DNA of 20,000 nucleotides from Parvularia atlantis (Eukaryota): the NCBI GenBank assembly GCA_943704415.1, contig CALSCO010000649.1:45930-65929 (forward strand), written 5' to 3'. The position numbers were made by a program, and so were the translations under genes. The notes under the pieces are model-generated. The model saw only the letters and a program-made list of their open reading frames with translations. It did no database searches and was not told the origin of the DNA. This document shows, piece after piece, positions 11,601 through 20,000 of this stretch (its first letter is position 1; each line of letters opens with the position of its first letter).

Positions 11601-12407
11601 GTTCCTCGAGCAGCAGCCCGACAGCGTCAGCCGCGCGCGCGTGACCCTGCTCCGGTTCCTGAAAGAGTCGGCACACTACCGGCCCGCGCTACTGCTTGAC
11701 TCGCTGCAAAACACGACGCTGTTGCTCGAGCTGGCCGTGCTCTACTCCAAGGTGCGGTCGCTTCCGTGCACTGGTGTGTCTGACGCGGCCGCAGGTCAAC
11801 ATGCACGAAAAGGCGCTCGAGCTGCTCGTGTTCCAGATGAAGGACTTTGCGGGCGCCGAGGACTACTGCCGCGAGCCCGTACGGCGGCCCAGCGCGACGC
11901 TCGATGACCGGCAGCTCTCGCGCGACCTGTTCCTGCTCCTGCTCAAGGTGTACATCCATGCGGCCGGGGCGAGCAGCAGCGAGCGCTTCCTGCAGCCGGC
12001 GATGCACCTGCTCGACAACCAGCTGACCGAGATGGACGTGGCCAAGGTGCTGGCGGTGCTGCCCAGCTCGTGGTCGCTCGGCGTTGTCGAGCGGTTCCTG
12101 GCGCGCGCGATCCGCCGCAGCATCCACGAGAAGCACGAGGGGTGCATCGTGCGGTCGCTGCACAAGGGCGAGATCGTGCAGGTGCGCTCGCTGCTGGGCG
12201 TACGCTCGTGCTCGTACTCAGAGCTGTGCGCGCAAACACCAGGTCCAGTCGGAGCTGATGCGGCTGCGCGCGGCGCGCGTGGTCATCACCGACATGACGC
12301 TGTGCCCCGTCTGCCGCAAGCGCATCGACGTCGCCGTCTTTGCGCGCACGCCCGCCGGCCACGTCGTCCACGTGCACTGCCTCGAGCGTTCCAGTGAAGG
12401 GCGGTGA
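8612..12407 (+). CDS. TGFBRAP1: Vps39/TGFBRAP1 (Vps3-like) family CORVET/HOPS subunit: CNH beta-propeller, helical/CHCR region, C-terminal Zn finger, about 20 exons
   Basis: About 19 introns. LESIAVLENYLLVGTTDGQV, FRFPYVVGV...IEVHSITDQKLQQTL, EVDTTLLKIF, FHTELASIYL, DFAGAEDYC, VLAVLPSSWSL and CPVCRKRIDVAVFARTPAGHVVHVHC. The LPxxWS and DARLIIAL motifs favour TGFBRAP1/Vps3-like over canonical VPS39, but the paralogue call needs phylogeny. Confidence 0.82.
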
Positions 12408-12449
12408 GCGACTGTGTGTGTTTGATTGTACAAGCGACGGCCCCGGTTG

Positions 12450-13082
12450 ATGGCTTACGTCAAGGCGCGGGCGCGCGCGCGCGAAGGCCCGCAACAGCAG
12501 TCCACTGACGAGGCGCGACGACGCAGCACTTTGACGAGCCGCCGGTCGCGGACGATGGGCACGAGGTCAGCGCGGGCGACGCATCGTCGTCGTCGACGGG
12601 CTACGCCGTGCGTGTCGCGCCCATCTCGCACGTGCTGCATCGCACTGATCGTGCGGCGCGTCGCCAGCACGTCGCCCAGCGCAGCACGCGCGCGGCGCCG
12701 GGCGCCGGCGACGACGACAACGACGACGACGACGACGGCGAGCTCGACCCGCGCGACGTGGCCGGGGCGATCGTCATCCCGGTCAAGAAGGTCTCGGGGC
12801 GGCTGGGGATGGAGGTGCGGACGACCAAGAAGAAGGGCACGCGTATCCTCAAGGTGCGCGCCGTGCGCACGCATCGCCCGTTCCCGTGCGCGCCGCCGAC
12901 GAGCTCGTCGCCGCCAGGTGCTCAAGGGCGGCGTGGCCGAGGCCAGCCAGCTGCAGCCGCGCGACGTGATCATCAAGGTCAACGACACGTCCGTCGTCGG
13001 CTGGGACCACTTCAAGGTCAACCAGTTCCTCAAGCGCAAGGAGGTCGACACGCTCACCATCATCCGCCACGCCCTGCCGTGA
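12450..13082 (+). CDS. Small single-PDZ-domain protein with acidic low-complexity N-terminus, 4 exons
   Basis: ATG 12450; introns 12465-12526 (GC-AG), 12608-12667 and 12854-12917. PDZ pattern IVIPVKKVSGRLGMEV...TRILKVLKGGVAEASQLQPRDVIIKVNDTSVVGWDHFKVNQFLK. Confidence 0.8.
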   Translation: MAYVKARARAREGPQQQSTDEARRRSTLTSRRSRTMGTRSARATHRRRRRATPCVSRPSRTCCIALIVRRVASTSPSAARARRRAPATTTTTTTTTASSTRATWPGRSSSRSRRSRGGWGWRCGRPRRRARVSSRCAPCARIARSRARRRRARRRQVLKGGVAEASQLQPRDVIIKVNDTSVVGWDHFKVNQFLKRKEVDTLTIIRHALP

Positions 13083-13106
13083 CGCCGCGGCGCGCCTGTG
13101 CCGCCG

Positions 13107-13113
<7 letters not shown>

Positions 13114-13143
<30 letters not shown>
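13114..13143. repeat. (CT)15 microsatellite
   Basis: Pure CT run in the 83-bp spacer between the convergent PDZ and MED9 stop codons. Confidence 0.95.
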
Positions 13144-13148
<5 letters not shown>

Positions 13149-13165
13149 CTCTTTGCCCTGACAAA

Positions 13166-13655
13166 CTACAAGACCATCGCGTCCCCGCCGTCCCCCGCGC
13201 CCGACCCCGCGCCGCCACCGCCGTCCCCCGCAGCCACCAGCCGCACCGCCGGCAGCTCGCGGTACCGCGCCAGCTGCTCTCTGCGCCGCCACCGGGCATC
13301 AGCAGCACGCTTACCTCTGAGTCCGCACGCGCACGCACCGCCGCAGCGCCAGCGTCCGCGTCAGCTGCTCGATCTGCGCGCGCTGCTGCCCCGCCGTCAA
13401 GTCGCCGCCCGGCAGAGCGTCGAGGTAGGCGTGGCACCGCTGCACGGCCTCGGCCACGTTGAGCACCTCGGAGCGGCGTGCGCGGGCGCGGCGATCAGCA
13501 TCCGTGCGCATCCGTGCTCATCTGCCCGCGCGGCATCCGCGCACCAGCTTCTCCACGTCCGACGGGCTGCTCGTCGCGTTGATCTTCTCTACGCACTCGG
13601 CCACGCGCGGCAGCAGCTGCGCAAACGGCGCGCCGGGCGGTGGTTGCGCGGCCAT
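13166..13655 (-). CDS. MED9: Mediator complex subunit 9, 3 exons
   Basis: ATG 13655; introns 13544-13467 and 13338-13281. Spliced product FAQLLPRVAECVEKI...AVQRCHAYLDALPGGDLTAGQQRAQIEQLTRTLALRREQLARYREL matches the Med9 pattern (LP...LPG.D.....Q...I..L.......L.KY). Confidence 0.8.
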
Positions 13656-13701
13656 CACAATCGCACAAGCGCGGCAAACACAGCCTGAGCACGGACACTG
13701 C

Positions 13702-14328
13702 TCACTGCAGTTCGCGTTGGTCCGTGTCGAGGTGGACCATCTTCACGTCCTTGAGCACAACGACAGCGTCGCCCAGCATCTCGATCGCCAGCTTCACGGC
13801 CAGGTTGTGCCGCTCGCCGCTTAGCCGCAGTCAACGCCGACTCGGAGGTGCCATCGGCTTTGAAGCCCAGTGCGGCTTGCCACACGCGGCGCTGCGACGT
13901 GCTGAGCCCACATGGTAGCTTCGCTCTCGCTGCTGACGGCCTGAGCGAGGTCGAAAGGCGGCGGTGGTTGTCAACGAAGCGCGGCATGAAGCTCGTTCGC
14001 ATGCTAAACGGGCGCTAAAGGGACGGAAGTCTCGTGAAAGACCGCGCCGGATGCAAGCGCACCGAGCTCACCGTCGGCACGTCGGCATAGCGCACTGGCA
14101 AGGAAGGTCCTTCGCGGACAGCGGCTCGAGCCGGTCACTGCCGCCGCAGTCGGTGGCGCACATGCCAGTGCCTTGCCAGAGATTGGTACGGAAAAACTGG
14201 CACACCGCCGACTCGGCTGACAAACACAAAGAGGGAGACAAGGGGGCCCAGGGGACCAAAAGCCCCGACAGAAAAGCGCGGTCTTGTATGCGACTTGATT
14301 GAACCGAAACTGAACATGAAAAGCGCAT
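13702..14328 (-). CDS. Putative orphan Cys-rich protein, tentative 3-exon model
   Basis: The last exon (13819-13702, GERHNLAVKLAIEMLGDAVVVLKDVKMVHLDTDQRELQ*) has genome-typical codon use. GT-AG introns 13885-13820 and 14071-14015 give a continuous frame to ATGs at 14163 or 14328. The upstream exons have atypical codon use. Confidence 0.35.
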
Positions 14329-14345
14329 ACAGGCCCAGGACGGGA

Positions 14346-14700
14346 TCACAGCTTGCAGATCGGGCAGACGTGGTCGTGCACGGTGTCGAGACCTTCGGCC
14401 TCCAGTGCAGCATGGAAATGCCGCGACAGCACTACGCACGCAGAGCAGTACTGATGACCGCACTGGACCGCTTGCTGCTGGACGTCACTGGCCGAGTCGT
14501 GCAACTTGTTCACACCGAGGCACAGCAGGCAGAACTGCTTCACGAGCTCACCTGGGCATTGCGTTAGCAAAACGAATCGTCACGTGTACAGACGCACCAT
14601 TGGCAGCGGCGTCATCCGGAATGAGGTACAAGATATCTTGCAGCACGGCGATGCGCTCCAGCAAAGCCGCGGCCAAAGCATGCCAACCGAAATCCCTCCC
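14346..14700 (-). CDS. C3HC4 RING-finger coding region with unresolved 5' end (small gene or gene fragment)
   Basis: Exon 14551-14346 encodes CLLC...CGHQYCSAC...CPIC then a stop. It follows a canonical intron 14597-14552 (GTGCGT...GCTAAC...CAG) and an in-phase exon (ALLERIAVLQDILYLIPDDAAANG). No in-frame ATG before the divergent PAP2 start. Confidence 0.6.
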
Positions 14701-14714
14701 ATCGACTGTCCACC

Positions 14715-16037
14715 ATGGCCGAGCACCACGTGGCCTTGTGGCGCGTCGCCGTTGCGGCGCTGTTTGGCGCGCTGCTGCTGGCCGAGGTGGCCGTGCTGCA
14801 CTTCTACAAAGCAAGCGTGCCGTGTGCGTGCCTCTGTGCGCTCGTGCTGACTGCGAGGCCAGGTCGACATCCAGGCGTCGTTCTGCGGGCTCGCGGCGTG
14901 GATGCGCACAACGTTTGCGCTGGGCGAGACGGCCGACGCGTGGATGAAGTGGGTGCACTACCAGACCAACAGCTTCATCTACATGCAGGTGCGGCGCGTT
15001 GCACGTGTGACGCGTGCGCCGGGGCTGAGCGCTGCGGCAGCTGAGCTGCCTCGTGATGTACCTCGTGGACGCGCGCGCCGGCGCCGAGATGTACACGTTT
15101 GTCGTGCTGGCGCACATCGCCAAGAACCTGAGCAAGAGCTTCATCGCGAGCCCGCGCGGCTTCTGGTTTTGCACGGCGGGGCACGCGATCTCGTGCGGCG
15201 GCGGTGCGTCGTTGCCGCGTGGCGCGCGTGTTGCGTGACGCCTGACGTGTCCTGCGCTCCGCTCGCTCAGGCTACAGCCTGCCGTCGGGGCACTCGATGA
15301 TGAGCTTGCTCGTGCTGCTGTTCCTGGCGATCCGCTTCCCGCGCCACCGCAAGGCGATCCTCGGCGTGGGCGCGCTGTTCGAGCTCTACACCGTGTTTGA
15401 GATCATCTACCTGGGCACTCACACGCCCACGGACGTCGTCGTCGGCTTCACCTTTGCGCTCTTTGTCGTCGCGCTGCTGCTCGTGTGGGACGCTGAGCCC
15501 TTCGCGGCGGTGCAGCGCGCGCTTGTGGCCAGCCCCGAGCTGCTCGCGCTCGTGCTCGCGGCCGTCACGGCGCTCGTCTACACGCTCGAGCTCATGGAGG
15601 AGGCGCACGAGGACGCGGCCGTGCACCCGCGCGAGTGGCAGGCCAACTACGAGAGCTACTGCCGGCTGCAACCGGGCTCGGCCGCGCGCCACATGCGCAA
15701 CTCGTCGGCGTTTGAGAAGACAGCGCTCATGATTGGCCTCACGGGCGCGCTGTACGTGCGGCAACGGCTCGGGCTCGTGGGCGACGGTGGCAGCGACGAG
15801 GGTGTGGTGCCGCGTGTGGTGCGCGCCGCGGCCACCTTCGGCGTGCTCACGTACAGCAAGCGCCTGCTCAAGCTCGCGCTCATCCCCGTGATCTTTGCCG
15901 AGCTGACGGGGCCGTGGAAGTACCTCGTCTACGTCGTGCAGCCGTTCCTGCTGCTCGTCGTCTTCCCGGTCCTGCTGCACGCGCTCCAGCTCGGCCGCTT
16001 CATCGCCCCCTTCTCGCACAGCAAAAAGCACGCCTGA
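14715..16037 (+). CDS. PAP2-superfamily integral membrane phosphatase-like protein (G6Pase/sphingoid-phosphate phosphatase-like layout), 4 exons
   Basis: Introns 14817 (or GC at 14811)-14862, 14989-15040 and 15204-15270. C1 KSFIASPRG, C2 YSLPSGH, C3 EIIYLGTHTPTDVVVG; many transmembrane helices. Confidence 0.82.
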
Positions 16038-16081
16038 CATGTACATGTGCGGTTGACGCGGTTGAGCCTTACTCGTCGCCC

Positions 16082-18801
16082 TCACATGACACGGTTGTCG
16101 ACCTGCTCAAAGACACTCTCGAGCAGCGTGTGGCCGTTGATGAGCTTGGTCGTGGCGATGATGTAGTCGCGTTGCCCTACAACAGCCGGTCGGCGTTCAA
16201 ACTCACGCATGCCCCGACGCGACGCACCCTCCTGCTGCTGCGCCAGGAACCGCAGCGCCGCAATCTCCGTGAACGTGCACCCGCCCAGGAAGAAGACCAT
16301 CGTCACCTTGGGCGCGGCCGCCCCGCCAAAGTTGCCTGCGCACGCGCCTGTCAGTTACCGCCGACCAATCACAAGCGCGCCCACGCACGCTTCATCTGCA
16401 GCCCCGCCGGCAGGGCCTGCGTCTCCTCAAAGGTCGGCCCGGGCAGTACCTTGAGCGCGTCCTCGATCGACTTCCACCCGCCCTTGGCGTTGAGGTTCTG
16501 CACGAGGCGGACCGAGAGCGGCGCGTAGCCCGAGTAGACGTAGGCGATGTCGTCGGGCTCGCGCTCGTTGATCTCGTCCACGACCAGGCGCAGGCTCTGC
16601 GGCCACCAGGCGTCAGCAAACGCACGGCACACGGCGGGAAGCGCACTTTGCGGATCGCCGGGTAGGCGTTCTTGCCCTCGCTCTTCTTCAGCAGACCGAC
16701 CTTCTCAAGGTTGTTGAGCGTGAAGATCTTCTCGTAGCCGTAAGACTGCGCACGGCACTGTCAGCTCCGCCGCCGCGCGCGCACAACCCGCACGACGCGC
16801 GTGCCTGCAGGATGTCGCGCCGCAGCGACTCGAGCACCTTGGGCTTGAGCCCGTTGCTCGTGAGCGAGTACAGGCACAGCAGCCGCAGCACCTGCCACCC
16901 CTGTTCAGCCTCCAAAGTTCGCTCACCTGGCCGCGCAGCACCTTTGTCAGCGGCTCCTGCTTGTAGATCAGCTCCTCGATGTACTCGACGTTGAGCGGGT
17001 TGTCGGTGCCACTGACTAGGTCTGCTTGCGCAATCAGCTTGCGCTCACTGCTGCAGGCGCGCGCACTTTGCTCGACCTCGAGCTTGCGGTGAAACTCGAC
17101 ATCGCGCGTCACGTTCGAGATCTGCTCAGCGATATTTGTGTCTAAACGCGCCCACACGCGTGAGCAGCAGCAGAGCACGCGCGCCGCGACCGCACGCACG
17201 GATGCGCAGCGACTGGTGCTCCATCTGAATCGACGTCAGCTTGCCGATAAACTCGCGGATCTGCGACACGGTCTTGGCCGCGTGGCGCTCCTGCAGGCGG
17301 GCCGTGAGCGCTCGCCTTATTGCGCGACATGCACGTGCCTCGTACTCGGCGTTGATGCGCTTGGCCGACTTGTTCAGAATCGGGCCGACGACGGCAAAGT
17401 TCTTGTCGCGCAGCTGTGTGCCGCACGCGTCACAAGCCGTGTCGCCTCGCCAGTGCCACGCACTCCGCGGTAGAGCGAGTCTGAGCCAAACAGGCCGATC
17501 TTGCGCCGGTCCTTCTGGCCGGTGATGGCCGGGTCGAGGTCGACGTAGGCTGCGCGCACCGCGCGTCAGCGGCACGATATTGCCGAGAGCGCGCACCACG
17601 CACAGTTCTGGATCCCGTACAACTCGTCGATCAGGCCCTCGTACGTCAGCTGCGAGCACATCGGCGTGATCATGTCCTGCGACGCACACGCACGTGAGCG
17701 TCGCGCCGTCCATAGCATGTCATGCGCACCACGCTGCGGTCGATCAGCACAAGGTTGTCAATCTCGGGCGCGACCTGGGCGTCGTCCGCGCCGACCTCGC
17801 GGCGCATACGCAAGATCATGTCTGTGACCATCTGGCGCCAGCAGTGTCAGCGATACCGTACAACGTCGCCGGTTGGGCCCACCCGCGCGCAGTGGCCCTT
17901 GCCGTGGATCCTGGGGATGATGCCAAAGAGCGACTGCAGGCGCATGAGCGAGCGCGCGACGTAGTACAGCGACGTGCGGTCGCCCTCCTGCGTGGGCGGT
18001 CAGTCGTGGCTGCATGACCGGTGGGCGCAGGTCGCACCAGGAAAAACTCGCGGAAGGATGTGTCGATCTCGAGCGAGAGCAGGTCGTCCTCAAACGGGAC
18101 CAGGTCGATCTCGAGCTCGTCGATCTGGACCTCTGCGGCACGTGCATCAGCACACGCACGGCACGGGCCCACAACCGCATGTGCGCACCCGCAAAGACGC
18201 CCTCCTCCTCCAGCACGCGCTCGCAGATGGCCGTGCGACGCGGCATGAAGAACAGCGAGTGGTTGCGCGGCTCCTTGTCGCGTTCCTTGTGCTTCTCGTA
18301 CGCGTGGATGTTCTCTGCGCGACCGACCCCGTGGGCGCGGGCCGCACGGGACGCGATGGCACACACCGGCGATGTGCTTCATCAGCAACATGCGCGGGCG
18401 CGCAATGTACACCACGTTCTTGATCTCGGTCGTGAGCGCGCCCGGCCCGAGCAGGAAGATCGCCTCGACGCCGTGCTCCTGTGTCACGCACCACGCCCGT
18501 CAGCTTCCCTCCCCCCCCCCCCTCCCCCCGCGGCCGCCATTGGCGTGCGCCCGCGCACCTTGAGCAGCGAGTACTCGGCCACCAGGCCCAGCGGCCCGCT
18601 CAGCTTGGGGTCGAGCACGAGCGCCTTCTTGCCGCGGACCGTGTCGAGCGCGCGCACGAGCTCGCGCCGCGCCAGGTCGCGCAGCGTCGTCAGGTTGAGC
18701 GACGCGCCCGCGAGCGACTCGTTGATCGTCGGCTGCTGCGCCGCCGCCGCCGCCGCCGCTGCCGCTGCCGCCGCCGCCTCTCGCTGCTGCGCCGACGCCA
18801 T
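16082..18801 (-). CDS. VPS33: Vacuolar protein sorting 33 (Sec1/Munc18 family; HOPS/CORVET core), about 17 exons
   Basis: About 16 introns. [101 protein letters not shown] and [15 protein letters not shown]. Confidence 0.95.
18507..18529 (-). repeat. G-run tract (G6-A-G12-A-G3) inside VPS33 intron 1
   Basis: Plus strand CCC T C12 T C6 within the 80-bp intron 18558-18479. Confidence 0.85.
18739..18777 (-). repeat. GCG/GCA trinucleotide repeat encoding an N-terminal poly-Ala tract (13 Ala) in VPS33
   Basis: Translation [24 protein letters not shown]. Confidence 0.9.
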
Positions 18802-18878
18802 GTCTCTTGTGGCTCAGCGCTGTCTCCCAAAGTGTGAAACATGAGTGCACGCTGTCTCGTACACATCCGCGCTGTACA

Positions 18879-20000
18879 TCAAGCGCGTGTCATCTTTGTG
18901 CGCGTCGGCGTCAGCGCAGCGCTCGTGGCGGTCGTGGCGATGCTCGGACCGGCCGAGGACGTCGGTGCGCCCTCGCTCGTGCCGCTGCTGCTGCCGGTTG
19001 AGCGCGTCCATGTGCAGACGTCGCCGTTGCGGTGGCCCGACACGAGCAGCTGGTTCAGCGAGCTGCGCGACGCCGTTAGGGCTCGCCCAGCGCATGCGAG
19101 CGCGCGCAGACCTGAACGCGATCGCCGTCACGGCCGCCGTCGGCCCCTCGTACAGACGGCGCAGCGGCGTCAGGTCCCACGACGACCAGAGGTGGATTGC
19201 GCCCGACTCGCAGCCCGCCGCGATCACGTTCACGTTCAGGCCCTCGGTCGCGGCCGACACGGCGACGCAGTTGATCCTGACGGTGCGCGCACACACACGC
19301 ACACCGTATCAGCGCCTCACTCACACGCCGTCCTGCGCGCACGCACCGGTCCGGCACGAACGCCGACGCGATCAGCCGCCCGTTGATCGAGTACAGCGCG
19401 ACGTCGCTCTTGTCGGCCGGGCCGAGGCGCGTGCGGTCCGACGCCGTCACGATGTCGCCCTACACGTCGCTCTGACCGTCAGTGACCGCGAGAACGAGCG
19501 GACGGCGCCAGCGTTCCACCGTCGTCTGGCTGATCGCGGCAGCAACGATCGGGCCCGGCATGCGCTCGAGCGAGCGCACAAAGCCCATCGTGTTCAGGTC
19601 CCACACAATCGCCGTGCAGTCGCACCCGCCGCTGCCCGACACCAGCATCGCGTACTCGCGGCACACACTGCCGCCCGCCCGCGCACCTCAGCCGCGTCGC
19701 GCACGCCACACAGCAGCTCACGCACCTCAGACACGTGATCCCGTCCAGGTGCCCGTGCAGGTTCGCCTTGAGCCGGAAGTCGATGCGGCGCGGCGACGTC
19801 TCCCAGACCCGCACGACGCCGGCCGTGCCGCCCGAGATCTGTGCGCCGGCCCTTGAGCATGCGCGCGCGCCGACCGCAGCCGCTGCCCGCACCAGCAGGT
19901 TGCCGTCATTCGCCAGGGCGCAGCACTTGATGTCGTCATCATGGTGGTTCTCGATCTGCGGGTGCGCGCGTCGATCAGCCTGCGCACAACGCCCCCCCCC
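18879..20000 (-). CDS. LYST: C-terminal WD40 region of lysosomal trafficking regulator (BEACH protein LYST/LvsB); partial, continues beyond the window end
   Basis: Six spliced exons from 19955 give LHGHLDGITCLSVCREYAMLVSGS...IVWDLN...ISQTTGDIVT...YSING...EGLNVNVIAAGCESGAIHLWSSWDLTPLR. The EG..NVIA.G...G...LWS.WDL.P.R motif is characteristic of LYST. Stop at 18881-18879. Confidence 0.87.

Noticed and set aside
14295..14567. 90-aa plus-strand ORF upstream of PAP2
   Set aside because: It lies antisense to the RING exon, which has a full ligand pattern and a canonical intron. The plus ORF has no recognisable motif.
390..19957. Introns as Introner-like mobile elements
   Set aside because: Introns share length and splice signals, but I saw no shared internal sequence or terminal inverted repeats by eye. 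An all-versus-all alignment would be needed to exclude this fully.
1..20000. Prokaryotic features (operons, CRISPR, IS elements), or frameshifted pseudogenes suggested by broken ORFs
   Set aside because: Frame breaks resolve at spliceosomal introns with branch points. No spaced direct-repeat array, transposase or terminal inverted repeats were seen.
1..20000. Alternative genetic code or stop-codon readthrough
   Set aside because: All confident genes translate fully with the standard code once spliced. Most end in TGA, consistent with GC bias.

Overview
This window is from a very compact, GC-rich, intron-dense eukaryotic genome, probably a protist. The six-frame ORF track is therefore mostly antisense or intron-fragmented noise. 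Manual splicing gives about 80 short introns (mostly 45-65 nt, donor consensus GTGCG, CTGAC/CTCAC/CTAAC branch point, mostly CAG acceptor). Gene order: 3' end of a TALE (TGIF-like) homeobox gene (+); rhodanese+DSP MAP-kinase phosphatase (-); TPT/SLC35E-type transporter (-); TTC36 (-); a multidomain RasGAP with C2, C2, inserted C1, RasGAP and inserted HR1-like domains (+); TGFBRAP1/Vps39-family tether subunit (+); a small PDZ protein (+); MED9 (-); an unexplained ~1 kb segment with an orphan ORF and a RING exon lacking a start codon (-); a divergent PAP2 phosphatase (+); VPS33 (-); and the WD40 C-terminus of LYST (-). Most intergenic spacers are only 40-100 bp. The most notable points are the RasGAP architecture (C1 plus HR1), three endolysosomal genes within ~11 kb, about 10% GC-AG introns, and a recurrent intergenic TGTACA palindrome. 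All family calls are motif recognition from memory; no database search was run.
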